From Xanthomonas campestris pv. campestris str. ATCC 33913 (GTDB taxonomy: Bacteria; Pseudomonadota; Gammaproteobacteria; Xanthomonadales; Xanthomonadaceae): 32,000 nt of DNA. Numbering within the stretch: position 1 is the first letter of the stretch; every line of letters starts with the position of its first letter. Shown piece by piece: positions 6,886 to 15,875 of this stretch. The notes below the pieces were generated by a model that made no database searches, had not been told where the DNA came from, and was given only the letters and a program-made list of their open reading frames with translations. The stretch lies in assembly GCF_000007145.1 (NCBI RefSeq), contig NC_003902.1:4166497-4198496 (forward strand), read 5' to 3'. The translations under genes were made by a program, and so were the position numbers.

Positions 6886-8957
6886 AGGAAGCTGTAGGCC
6901 AGCGCCGACATATGCGCCGCCTGCGCATTGTTGGCTGCGCCGCCATGGCCGCCTTCGATGTTCTCGTAGTAGGTCACGTCCTTGCCAGCCTCGATCATCT
7001 TGGCGGCCATCTTGCGCGCGTGGCCAGGATGCACGCGGTCATCGCGCGTGGAGGTCAGGAAGATCACCGGCGGGTAGGTCTTCTTCGGATCGAACAGGTG
7101 ATACGGCGAGAAGGTCTGGATGAATTTCCAGTCGTCGGTGTCAGGATTGCCGTACTCAGCCATCCACGAGGCGCCCGCCAACAGATGGCTGTAGCGCTTC
7201 ATGTCCAGCAGCGGGACTTGCACCACCACCGCGCCGAACAGCTCCGGATACTGGGTCAGCATGTTGCCGGTCATCAGGCCGCCGTTGCTGCCGCCCTGCA
7301 CGCCCAGGTGCTTGGTCGAGGTGATCTTGCGCGCGACCAGATCCTTGGCGACCGCGGCCATGTCTTCATAGGCCTTGTGGCGGTTCTGCTTGAGCGCGGC
7401 CTGGTGCCAGCGTGGGCCATATTCGCCACCGCCGCGAATGTTGGCCACCACGTAAACGCCACCCTTCTCCAGCCAGGCACGGCCCAGGGCGCCGGAATAA
7501 TTCGGCGTCATCGAGATCTCGAAACCGCCATAGCCATACAGCAGGGTCGGCGCGCTGCCATCGAGCTTGAGATCCTTTGGCCGCACCAGGAAGTACGGCA
7601 CGCGGGTGCCATCCTTGCTGGTGGCAAAGTGCTGCTCGATGCTGTCCTCGCCGGCATCGAAGAACGCCGGCATGGTCTTCAGCGGTTGCGGCGCAGTGCC
7701 CACGTCCACCCACGACAAGGTGGTGGGCGTGAGGTAGTCGGTGACGGTCAGCCACAACGCATCGCTGTCATCGCTGTCCACGGCGCCGACATCCACGGTA
7801 CCAAAGGCTGGTGCACCGACAAAGGCGCTTTTCTTCCAGCCATCCTGCGAGGGCGTGATCACGCTCAGGCGGTTCTTGACGTCTTCCAGCACGTTCAACA
7901 CCAGGTGCGAGCGCGTCCAGGTCATGCCGGCCAGCGAGGTGGTGTCGGTGGGCTCGAACAGCACATCGAAGTCGCGCTTGCCCTGCATGAAGGCATCAAA
8001 GCGCGTGACCAGCAGCGAGCCGGCCTTGTAGGTCTTGCCGCCCACCGTCCACGGCTCGCGCAGCTCCAGGGTGAGCCACTCGCGCTTGACGCTCTTGTTG
8101 GCGGAGTTCGGCGCATCCACCTTTACCAGCGCGCCATCGGCCTTCTTGAAATACAGCTCGTCGTTGTAGAAGGCCAGCGTGCGGCTGACGAAATCACGCT
8201 CGAATCCAGGCGTGTCGTCATGCATCGCCATGATGTACATGTCGGTGGGCTTGCCCTCGTACACCACCTTGGCCGTGCTCAGCGGCGTGCCGCGCTTCCA
8301 CTGCTTGGCAATGCGCGGGTAGCCGGAGCTGGTCATCGCGCCGGGGCCGAAATCGGTATAGACGTAGACGGTGTCCTGATCGATCCAGCCCAGCCCGCCC
8401 TTGGCTTCGGGGCGGAAGAACCCGTCCTTGACCCACTGCTTGGTGGACAGGTCAAACTCACGCGTCACGTCCGCGTCGGCACCGCCGCGCGACAGCGCGA
8501 TCAGGCAGCGCTGGTAGCCCGGGCGCAGGCAATCGGCGCCGTGCCAGACCCAGTTCTCTTTCTCGGCCTTGTTGAGCGCATCCAGGTCCAGCACGGTTTC
8601 CCACTTGGGCGCCGCCTTGCGGTATTCGTCCAGCGTGGTGCGCCGCCACAGGCCGCGCTCGTGCTGCTTGTCCTTCCAGAAGTTGTAGTAGTACGGGCCG
8701 ATCTTCTGCACGGTGGGAATCTTGGCATCCGAGTCGAGCACCTCGCGGATACTCGATTCCATCTGCTTGAAGGCCGGGGTCACCGCCAGCCGCGCCTCGG
8801 TCTTGGCGTTCTGCGCCTTGACCCAGTCCAGCGGCTTGGCGCCGGTGACATCTTCCAGCCAGGCATACGGATCATTGGACACGGCGGTTTCCTTTGCAGA
8901 GACGGCGCCAGCAGTGATCAGGCCGGCAACCAGGCAGATCGAGGCGAATTTGGACAT
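6864..8957 (-). CDS. S9A prolyl oligopeptidase-family serine peptidase with signal peptide
   Basis: 697-aa ORF. The signal peptide is MSKFASICLVAGLITAGAVSA|KE, followed by DPYAWLED. The nucleophile block is GVQGGSNGGLMTG, with GGHGG near the C-terminus. Confidence 0.85.
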   Translation of the reverse strand: MSKFASICLVAGLITAGAVSAKETAVSNDPYAWLEDVTGAKPLDWVKAQNAKTEARLAVTPAFKQMESSIREVLDSDAKIPTVQKIGPYYYNFWKDKQHERGLWRRTTLDEYRKAAPKWETVLDLDALNKAEKENWVWHGADCLRPGYQRCLIALSRGGADADVTREFDLSTKQWVKDGFFRPEAKGGLGWIDQDTVYVYTDFGPGAMTSSGYPRIAKQWKRGTPLSTAKVVYEGKPTDMYIMAMHDDTPGFERDFVSRTLAFYNDELYFKKADGALVKVDAPNSANKSVKREWLTLELREPWTVGGKTYKAGSLLVTRFDAFMQGKRDFDVLFEPTDTTSLAGMTWTRSHLVLNVLEDVKNRLSVITPSQDGWKKSAFVGAPAFGTVDVGAVDSDDSDALWLTVTDYLTPTTLSWVDVGTAPQPLKTMPAFFDAGEDSIEQHFATSKDGTRVPYFLVRPKDLKLDGSAPTLLYGYGGFEISMTPNYSGALGRAWLEKGGVYVVANIRGGGEYGPRWHQAALKQNRHKAYEDMAAVAKDLVARKITSTKHLGVQGGSNGGLMTGNMLTQYPELFGAVVVQVPLLDMKRYSHLLAGASWMAEYGNPDTDDWKFIQTFSPYHLFDPKKTYPPVIFLTSTRDDRVHPGHARKMAAKMIEAGKDVTYYENIEGGHGGAANNAQAAHMSALAYSFLWERLAD

Positions 8958-9025
8958 GGGGGTTCCCTAAGAAAGCGAGCCGCCGGACCGTAACATAGCC
9001 GTTCGACGGCTTCCCCTGCCGAAGG

Positions 9026-9337
9026 TCAGGCCGCGCGCACCTGCGTCGCCGTGCGCGAACCCACGCGACGGCGCTGCGCCTGCGGCCCCCGCCGCCGCGT
9101 CCTTGCTGGCCGCTCGCCCCGGCGCGGCAATGCCGGCACGGCGAACCGGTACAGGCTCCACCACGCCAGCATCGGCATGCCGACCAGCCACAGCGGCAAC
9201 CAGCCGATCCACTCGCTATGGCCGCGCGCCGCCGGCCACACCAATACCAGGGCCAGCCCGGCCAGGGCGACCTGGCGCACCGGACGCAGCACGCGTGGGT
9301 CGGGAGTTTCGGAACGACGGGAAAGGCGATGCGACAT
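9026..9337 (-). CDS. small hypothetical membrane protein (two predicted TM helices, Arg-rich tail)
   Basis: Internal ATG at 9337 with GGAG 8 nt upstream. The 103-aa product contains VALAGLALVLVWPAA and WIGWLPLWLVGMPMLAWW hydrophobic segments. Third codon positions are GC-rich. Confidence 0.45.
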   Translation of the reverse strand: MSHRLSRRSETPDPRVLRPVRQVALAGLALVLVWPAARGHSEWIGWLPLWLVGMPMLAWWSLYRFAVPALPRRGERPARTRRRGPQAQRRRVGSRTATQVRAA

Positions 9338-10014
9338 GGCGGCACTCCGTGGCGGGATGGATGAGGACAGGCCGGCAGAATTGCCTGCGGCCATCTCACC
9401 GGCTGCGACCTGTGCGACACCGGTGACAGCGCTGCCGTTTCGCGCGTGTGGCTGGTTGGCGGCGGCGCTGCGCGCTGCTCGCTCGCGGCTGGGGCCCGCG
9501 GTGTTCCCGCCGCCGCTGCGACACTGATGGACTTCCGCCGTGCGTAGGCCGCGCAACGCTGAGCAAGCCTGGCTGGACCAGCACTCGCGCGGTTTCCGGT
9601 TCCGGCACCAACCGCACACCACGGCCGTTACCCACGCGTCGCCAGTAGCGCAGTTCTACCTAAGTGCCGCAATGCGCAGGGCCATCCAAGACAGGCGGCG
9701 GCTGGCCCCAGCACTGGCGCTGTCCCACTGCATGCATCAACCGCCCCCAGCCCTCCCCAACGCGTCGCCGTCACGCGGGCTGATCAGCCAGATCAAGCTG
9801 ATGCGGCATGCGCAGCTGCATCCACCGGCCCGCGGTCAGCGATCAGCGCCGCCACTGTCGCGGCTCCGTCATCTGGCTGCCGTCCACTAGCGCGGCTGGC
9901 ACGCGCGCCCGGCCGGTCCAGCGGCGTTTGTCGACGCCAGGCGCAACCGTTGACGCGAACTTGCCCCCTGCATGCGGTAGTGTGCTGACCCAACTGACCC
10001 TCTGTGACTTTGCG

Positions 10015-10584
10015 ATGCGCCTGACCGTTTCGATCGCCCTCGCTTTCCTGCTCGTGCTTGGCCTGCCCACGGCGCAGGCCAAGGACACACCGACCACGGA
10101 GCGGCCGATCGATCTGTCCAAGATCATGGGCACCTGGTACGTGATTGCACGCATGCCCAACCCGGTCGAGCGCGGCCATGTGGCCAGCCGCGACGAATAC
10201 ACCCTGGTGGAAGACGGCAAGGTGGCGGTGCGCTATCGCTACCGCGAAGGCTTCGAGGAGCCGGAAAAGGAAGTCAACGCGCGCGCCTCGGTGGACGCGG
10301 ACAGCGGCAACCGCGATTGGCGGGTGTGGTTCTACAAGGTCATTCCGGCCAAGCAGCGCATCCTGGAAATTGCACCCGACGGGTCGTGGATGCTGATCTC
10401 CTACCCCGGCCGCGATCTGGCCTGGATCTTCGCGCGCAAGCCGGACATGAGCCGCGACCAGTACCGCACCCTGGTCAACAAGATGCGCGACGACTACGCC
10501 ATCTACACCGACAAACTCAAGCGCGTGCCGCAGCTGCCCGAACAGGTAGGCCGGCTGGGCTTCGAAGTCCCCGACAAGCGCTGA
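10015..10584 (+). CDS. blc: bacterial lipocalin (Blc-like), soluble periplasmic form
   Basis: ATG at 10015. The signal peptide is MRLTVSIALAFLLVLGLPTAQA|KD, with no lipobox Cys. The lipocalin GxW motif is present as IMGTWYVIARMPN. The product is 189 aa. Confidence 0.8.
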   Translation: MRLTVSIALAFLLVLGLPTAQAKDTPTTERPIDLSKIMGTWYVIARMPNPVERGHVASRDEYTLVEDGKVAVRYRYREGFEEPEKEVNARASVDADSGNRDWRVWFYKVIPAKQRILEIAPDGSWMLISYPGRDLAWIFARKPDMSRDQYRTLVNKMRDDYAIYTDKLKRVPQLPEQVGRLGFEVPDKR

Positions 10585-10621
10585 TTGGCGCCCGCGCACG
10601 CGGCCATGCCAGCGTGCGCTC

Positions 10622-10640
10622 CCCGGCGTTGCCCGCCGGG
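10622..10640 (+). terminator. GC stem-loop downstream of blc
   Basis: CCCGGCG-ttgcc-CGCCGGG, a 7-bp stem 38 nt after the stop. There is only a weak T tail (cttgg). Confidence 0.3.
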
Positions 10641-10783
10641 CTTGGAGCCGCGATCAAAACGACTGCGCAGCCGCCAGGGCGCGCGCCCGGTGCTCGAAAC
10701 CGGCATGTATCCACGTACGGTCCGGTTCTTCCGCGCCGCCCGCACCCACCTGACAACTGCCCGCTACGTACCGTTAGCCGCGC

Positions 10784-11749
10784 TTAGTCGTAATTACTCA
10801 ACGCCAGCGATAGCAGCGATTTGGCCTGCTCGCGCAACGACATCGGCTCGACGATTTCCGCGTCCGAGCCGTAGTGCAGCACATCCATCAGCAGCTCGCG
10901 CGAGACGCTGTACGGCACCTTCAGTTCGTAACGGCCGTCGGGCAGGAAGCGCCCTTGCTGCTTGGAATGCCAGTGTTCGTCGGCCACCCAGCGCGCGGCC
11001 TTGGCGCTGAACACGATGGTGGCCCAGCCCTTGGGCGCGCCCGAAAAAATGCCGTAGCTGGCGCCCAGCTGCGCATCCAGTTCGCTGTCGGGCACGTCGC
11101 GCGCGGTGGTATCGATGATGCGCGCGTGGTTGATACGGTCCACCGCAAAGCTGCGCACGCCTTCGCGGCCGTGGTCCCACGCATCCAGGTACCAGTTGTC
11201 GCGGTAATGGGTAATGCGCTGCGGCGACACCGTGCGCTTGGTCGATTCGTCGGTGGAGCGGGCGCGGTAGTCGAAACTCAACTGCTTGCGCTCCAGCACT
11301 GCCGAAGCCACGCTGCGGAAGCTGGCTTCGTCGAGCTTGCGGCCGCGGTGCGGGATCACCCGGACCCGGTCCACCGGCCACTGCGAGACGCCGGCCTGGG
11401 CAGCGAGCAGGCCTTCGATCCGCTGCTGCAGCGGTGCCAGCATCGAGGAGAGCACGCCTCCGCCGGTCCGCGACAGCAGCTGCTGCGAGGCCAGCAAGGC
11501 GTGCAGTTCTTCGGAACTCAGCCACAGGCCCGGCAGCTCGAAGCGGTCGCTTTCGCCAGACAGATAGCGGAAGCCGGATTCGCCGTCGCCCTCCACCGGG
11601 GCCATCAGCGCATCGCGCAGAAAGGCCAGGTCGCGGTAAACGGTGGCGCGGGAACAGCTCAGCTCATCTTGCAGGCGCGCCACCGTGACCGGGTAGCGGG
11701 CCGACTTGAGCAGGCGATGCAGGGCGTTGATACGTTCGTAGCGGTCCAT
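10784..11749 (-). CDS. HTH-WYL domain transcriptional regulator (YafY-like)
   Basis: Trimmed to the ATG at 11749 (MDRYERINALHRLLKS...VTVARLQDELSCSRATVYRDLAFLRD, an HTH). The WYL block is QRITHYRDNWYLDAWDH. A C-terminal WCX-like region follows. Confidence 0.8.
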   Translation of the reverse strand: MDRYERINALHRLLKSARYPVTVARLQDELSCSRATVYRDLAFLRDALMAPVEGDGESGFRYLSGESDRFELPGLWLSSEELHALLASQQLLSRTGGGVLSSMLAPLQQRIEGLLAAQAGVSQWPVDRVRVIPHRGRKLDEASFRSVASAVLERKQLSFDYRARSTDESTKRTVSPQRITHYRDNWYLDAWDHGREGVRSFAVDRINHARIIDTTARDVPDSELDAQLGASYGIFSGAPKGWATIVFSAKAARWVADEHWHSKQQGRFLPDGRYELKVPYSVSRELLMDVLHYGSDAEIVEPMSLREQAKSLLSLALSNYD

Positions 11750-11964
11750 GCGCTGATTATGTCCGAGTCTTCGCGCGGCGGGGTGAGCATCCACACCGCG
11801 CGCAACGCCTGCCTACCCGGCCCGGCGCAGGGGGCGCGGCGCGCCGATCGCCCGAACCGCCAATGAAGCGCGGCTTCACCCGGTCCTGACGCGGTCGCCC
11901 AGTCCGTTATCATGAAATCGCTTTCACCTCTCTGCCTTCCCTTTCGTCTCCAAGAGTGCCGCCC

Positions 11965-12765
11965 ATGTCACGCCGTGCCCCGTTGTCTGCCCTGTTGCCG
12001 CTGTTGTTGATCACGCCCACCGTCTGGGCCCAGGCGATCGCACCGGCGCCGGCAGACCCGGCCGCTGCCTTGATGCCCTCGCCGTGGAGCGGCAGCAGTG
12101 GCGAGCTCGGCTATGCGTCCGCGCACGGCAACAGCACCACCGACAGCCTCAACGGGCGCATCCGCCTGCGCTACACCGATGGCGACTGGATCCACAGCCT
12201 GGATGCCACCGCGCTGCGCTCGAGCTCGGAATACACCAATACCAACGACGACGGCAGCGTGACGCGCGAGCGCCAGACCACCGCCGAGCGCTACACCGGC
12301 AGTGCCGGCAGCGCGCTGCAGCTGGGCGAACACCGCCAGCTCACCGCGACCGGCCGCTACGAACACGATGACTTCGCCACCTACGACCGCCTGGCCACCT
12401 TCGGTATCGGTTACGGCACGCGCCTGATCGATGCCGATCGTTTTTATCTGGATGCGCAGATCGGCCCGGGTATCCGCCGCGCACACAACAGCGACGACGA
12501 CCGCAACGAGACCGGGCTGATCGGCCGTGGTCTGTTCGACCTGAAATACACCGTCACCGACAACACCGATCTGATCAACACGCTGCTGGTGGAATCGGGC
12601 GAATACAACACCTACGCGCAGAACGATTTCGGCGTGCAGGTCAGCATGAATTCGCACTTCGCACTCAAGGCCGCCTGGCAGATGCGCCACAACAGCGACG
12701 TCAGTGAGGGCGACAAGAAGACCGACACGCTGACCACGGTGAACCTGGTCTACACGTTCAAGTAA
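11965..12765 (+). CDS. DUF481 (YdiY-like) outer-membrane beta-barrel protein
   Basis: The signal peptide ends VWA|QA. The body shows an alternating beta-strand pattern with GELGYASAHGNSTT and ends in LVYTFK. The in-frame GTG at 11956 is an alternative start. Confidence 0.7.
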   Translation: MSRRAPLSALLPLLLITPTVWAQAIAPAPADPAAALMPSPWSGSSGELGYASAHGNSTTDSLNGRIRLRYTDGDWIHSLDATALRSSSEYTNTNDDGSVTRERQTTAERYTGSAGSALQLGEHRQLTATGRYEHDDFATYDRLATFGIGYGTRLIDADRFYLDAQIGPGIRRAHNSDDDRNETGLIGRGLFDLKYTVTDNTDLINTLLVESGEYNTYAQNDFGVQVSMNSHFALKAAWQMRHNSDVSEGDKKTDTLTTVNLVYTFK

Positions 12766-12778
12766 GCCATTGCGCTTT

Positions 12779-12863
12779 GTAGGAGCGGCGTTGGCTGCAA
12801 GGGTTTTTATCGATTACGCGCAGGTGTGATCGGTAACGCGTTCGCGGCCAAGGCCGCTCCTAC
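12779..12863. repeat. REP doublet: two inverted GTAG-headed 21-23-nt palindromic units around a ~41-nt spacer
   Basis: GTAGGAGCGGCGTTGGCTGCAAG at 12779-12801 faces CGCGGCCAAGGCCGCTCCTAC at 12843-12863. Confidence 0.8.
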
Positions 12864-12996
12864 GAGATGGCTGGCGGCTTGCAGGGCCGCGGCAGCTGCG
12901 GTGGCGCTCCTCGGGTACGCCATCGGCGATGACGTGATGTCCTAGGCAAATCTCTGCATCTCGCCATCAGCCATGCAGCAACAATGAACCGCTGGC

Positions 12997-13086
12997 GTAG
13001 GAGCGGCCTTGGCCGCGAGGGCTCTGCCGATCAGGTGTCAGCGTCGGTGTTATCGGTAATGCGTTCGCGGCCAAGGCCGCTCCTAC
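12997..13086. repeat. second REP doublet of the same family
   Basis: GTAGGAGCGGCCTTGGCCGCGAG at 12997-13019 faces CGCGGCCAAGGCCGCTCCTAC at 13066-13086. The spacer end ATCGGTAA(T/C)GCGTT is shared with the first doublet. It lies 14 nt beyond the hemC stop. Confidence 0.8.
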
Positions 13087-13100
13087 GGTCTGGCTAGCGC

Positions 13101-14015
13101 TTACAGCTCCGCCAGCAGCTGTGCGGCGCCCTTTTCGAACAGGCCGTCGGCGACGAGGCGGCCGAGGTCTTCGGTAGCGTCAGGGCTGCCGTGCGCCTCG
13201 GCGTGGATCAGGCGGCCGTCGCTGGCACTGCCCACCATGCCCTGCAGGAACAGGTCCTCGCCTTCCCAGCGCGCGAAGGCAGCCACCGGCACGTGGCAAC
13301 TGCCGTGCAGGGCGCGATTCATCGCGCGCTCGGCCTCGACGCAGGCGCGCGTGCGGCCGGCATCCAGCACTGCCAGCAGGTCGTGGATGCGGGCATCGTC
13401 GCCGCGGCATTCCACCGCCACCGCGCCCTGCGCCGGGGCGGGCAGCCACTCCGGTGCGTCCAGCCGCGCGGTGATGCGGGCTTCCAGGCCCAGCCGCTGC
13501 AGTCCGGCGCAGGCCAGCACGATGGCGTCGTAGCCGCCGTTGTCGAGCTTGGCCAGGCGGGTGTTGACGTTGCCGCGCAGGTCGATCAATTCCAGGTCCG
13601 GGCGCGCGGCGCGCAACTGCGCCTGGCGGCGTAACGACGAGGTACCCACGCGTGCGCCCAGCGGCAGGGCCTGCAAGGTGGCGTAGAGGTTGGACACCAG
13701 CGCATCGGCCGGGTCGCCGCGTTCCAGGATGGCCGGCAGCACGAACGGCGCGTCCAGCTCCATCGGCACGTCCTTGAGCGAGTGCACGGCGCAATCGGCC
13801 TCGCCGCGCAGCATGGCCAGCTCCAGTTCCTTGAGGAACAGGCCCTTGCCGCCGATGGCGGCCAGCGAGCGGTCCAGCACTTCATCGCCGCGGGTGCTCA
13901 TCGGCACCAGCACGACCTCCAGCCCGGGGTGGTGCTGGCGCAGCGCGGTGGCGACGTGTTCGCTCTGCCAGAGGGCAAGCGGGCTCTTACGGGTGGCGAT
14001 GCGCAGCGTGGTCAT
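13101..14015 (-). CDS. hemC: porphobilinogen deaminase (hydroxymethylbilane synthase)
   Basis: 304 aa. It carries [32 protein letters not shown], and the dipyrromethane-cofactor Cys region [11 protein letters not shown]. Confidence 0.93.
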
Positions 14016-14045
14016 GCCGCCATTATCGCGGACACGACGCCCAAC

Positions 14046-14792
14046 TCATACCTGGCGCAGTTGTTCGCGCAGGCTGGCCACACAGCGCCGGCTCACTTCC
14101 AGGGTCTGCGGCACGTTGCGCAGCACCGCATGCACCTGGCCATCGCCGCTGCGGCGCAGTTCCACCAGCTCCTCGCGGGCGACCAGGCAATTGCGGTGGA
14201 TGCGCACCAGGCGCTCGGCGAATTCGTCTTCCAGCGATTTGAGCGACTCTTCGATGAGGTCCTCGCCCCGGGCGTGGTGGACGATGACGTACTTCTCCTC
14301 CGCCTGCAGATAGCGGACGTCCTGGATCGCGATCAACCGCAGGCTGCCGCGCAGCCGCGCGCACAGGTGGGTGCGCAGCGGCGCGGCCGGCGCGAGGCTG
14401 GGGGTGCGCCCGGCCAGGTAGGTCGCCACGCGTTGCAGCGCGGCAGCAAGGCGCTCGGGGCGCACGGGTTTCATCAGGTAGTCCAGTGCGGCCGCATCGA
14501 AGGCCGACAGTGCGTGCTGGTCGTAGGCGGTGCAGAACACCACCGCCGGCGGTTGCGGGCGCTGGCGCAGCAGGCGCGCGGTTTCCAGGCCGTCGACCCC
14601 GGGCATGGCGATGTCCAGCAGCACCAGGTCCGGCTGCTGCTGCTCGCACAGCTGCAGGACCTGCTCGCCGTTCTCGGCCTCGCCCACCACCTGCACGTGC
14701 AGATGCTCGCCCAGCAGCAGGCGCAGGCGCTCACGTGCCAGTGGCTCGTCATCGGCGATCAGGACCCGCACTTGCGTGGCCGTCATGGACAT
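14046..14792 (-). CDS. algR: LytTR-family response regulator, AlgR-like
   Basis: The receiver domain reads VLIADDEPLARERL...DLVLLDIAMPGVDG. The C-terminal LytTR block reads IAIQDVRYLQAEEKYVIVHH...LVRIHRNCLV. It sits directly upstream of hemC, as algR does in Pseudomonas. Confidence 0.85.
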   Translation of the reverse strand: MSMTATQVRVLIADDEPLARERLRLLLGEHLHVQVVGEAENGEQVLQLCEQQQPDLVLLDIAMPGVDGLETARLLRQRPQPPAVVFCTAYDQHALSAFDAAALDYLMKPVRPERLAAALQRVATYLAGRTPSLAPAAPLRTHLCARLRGSLRLIAIQDVRYLQAEEKYVIVHHARGEDLIEESLKSLEDEFAERLVRIHRNCLVAREELVELRRSGDGQVHAVLRNVPQTLEVSRRCVASLREQLRQV

Positions 14793-14816
14793 CCCCCTCG
14801 CTGAAGTGATTCCCCC

Positions 14817-15872
14817 TCACTTCAACGGTAATGTGATCTCGCAGGCATAGTAGCCCTCCGACCAGCCGGCCGCCATCCGTGCCCCGGCACCGAATTGAAA
14901 CGCCAACCGGTGCGAGATGCTGGCCTGGGCATGCCCGGCGCCCGCCACCACCAGCGGCGCCTGGGTGCCGGGCTGCGGGGCCGGATTGACGATACGGATC
15001 TGCAACTGGCTGCCTCGCTGCCGCAGCGACAGGTACAAGGTGCCGCCCTCGGGCATGCGCGACACCCCGTGCAGCACCGCGTTTTCCACCAGCGGCTGCA
15101 GCACCAGCCGCGGCATGGGCAACGCCCACGGCAGCGGTTCCTGCTTGTGCCAGCGCACCTGCAGACGATCGCCCAGGCGCAGCGATTCGATGGCCAGGTA
15201 ACGCTCGGCCAGCTCGCATTCGGCGCGCAGCGTGGACACACCCTCGCCCGCCCCCAACGCGGCGCGGAACAGGTCCGACAGGTCCAGCACTGCCTGTTCG
15301 GCCACCACCGGGTCGCGCCGCAGCAGGCTGGCGATGAGGTTCATGCTGTTGAACAGGAAATGCGGGCGGATGCGCGCCTGCAGCGCATCGGCTTCGGCGC
15401 GGGCGTTGGCCTGCACCTGCGCCTCCCAACGATCGCTGACGTAGAAATAGCGCAGCGCCAGCGCGGTGATCAGCACCACCGTGGCTGCACTGCCGAGCGT
15501 AAAACGCCAGAACCCGACCAGCGGGCCGAGCGGGGCCTGGTCGAGCACCGCGTACAGGCCATGCACGATGCCAGCACCCAGCATGGCGACCACTGCGGCG
15601 ATCGACAACGCAGCCAGCCCGCCCAGCCGTGGCGGCAGCCGCGACAAGGACGGCCGCAGCACGCACAGCAGCACGCTCACCGCCAGGGCCAGCCACAGCG
15701 CCAGGCCGCTGGCCGACACGAAGCGCGACAGCGTCAGGCTACGCGCAGCGCCGGCTTCGGGCACCAGGGTCACCACCAGCACCACCAGCTCGGCCAGGCC
15801 GAGCATCGCGCCCAGGCGTGGCAGCCGGCACAGGTCCGGCATCCAGGCGATCTGCGGCGCGGTGTGGGCCAT
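14817..15872 (-). CDS. algZ: LytS/AlgZ(FimS)-type sensor histidine kinase
   Basis: Four N-terminal TM helices. The His_kinase block is RPHFLFNSMNLIASLL and the N-box is LVLQPLVENAVLHGV. It lies 24 nt upstream of the LytTR regulator. Confidence 0.8.
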   Translation of the reverse strand: MAHTAPQIAWMPDLCRLPRLGAMLGLAELVVLVVTLVPEAGAARSLTLSRFVSASGLALWLALAVSVLLCVLRPSLSRLPPRLGGLAALSIAAVVAMLGAGIVHGLYAVLDQAPLGPLVGFWRFTLGSAATVVLITALALRYFYVSDRWEAQVQANARAEADALQARIRPHFLFNSMNLIASLLRRDPVVAEQAVLDLSDLFRAALGAGEGVSTLRAECELAERYLAIESLRLGDRLQVRWHKQEPLPWALPMPRLVLQPLVENAVLHGVSRMPEGGTLYLSLRQRGSQLQIRIVNPAPQPGTQAPLVVAGAGHAQASISHRLAFQFGAGARMAAGWSEGYYACEITLPLK

Positions 15873-15875
15873 GGC

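Noticed and set aside
5004-6900. Mobile-element hallmarks at the islet borders: integrase, transposase, tRNA target, terminal inverted or direct repeats.
   Set aside because: None could be found by eye on either strand. The islet is therefore reported as a compositional anomaly, not as a mobile element.
6864-8957. The prolyl oligopeptidase considered as a dedicated RiPP-style macrocyclase or leader protease for the adjacent Cys-tail protein.
   Set aside because: The peptidase has core-genome GC (about 70%), its own signal peptide and a typical housekeeping S9A layout. The islet looks inserted next to it. Adjacency alone is not evidence. It is kept only as a testable side note.
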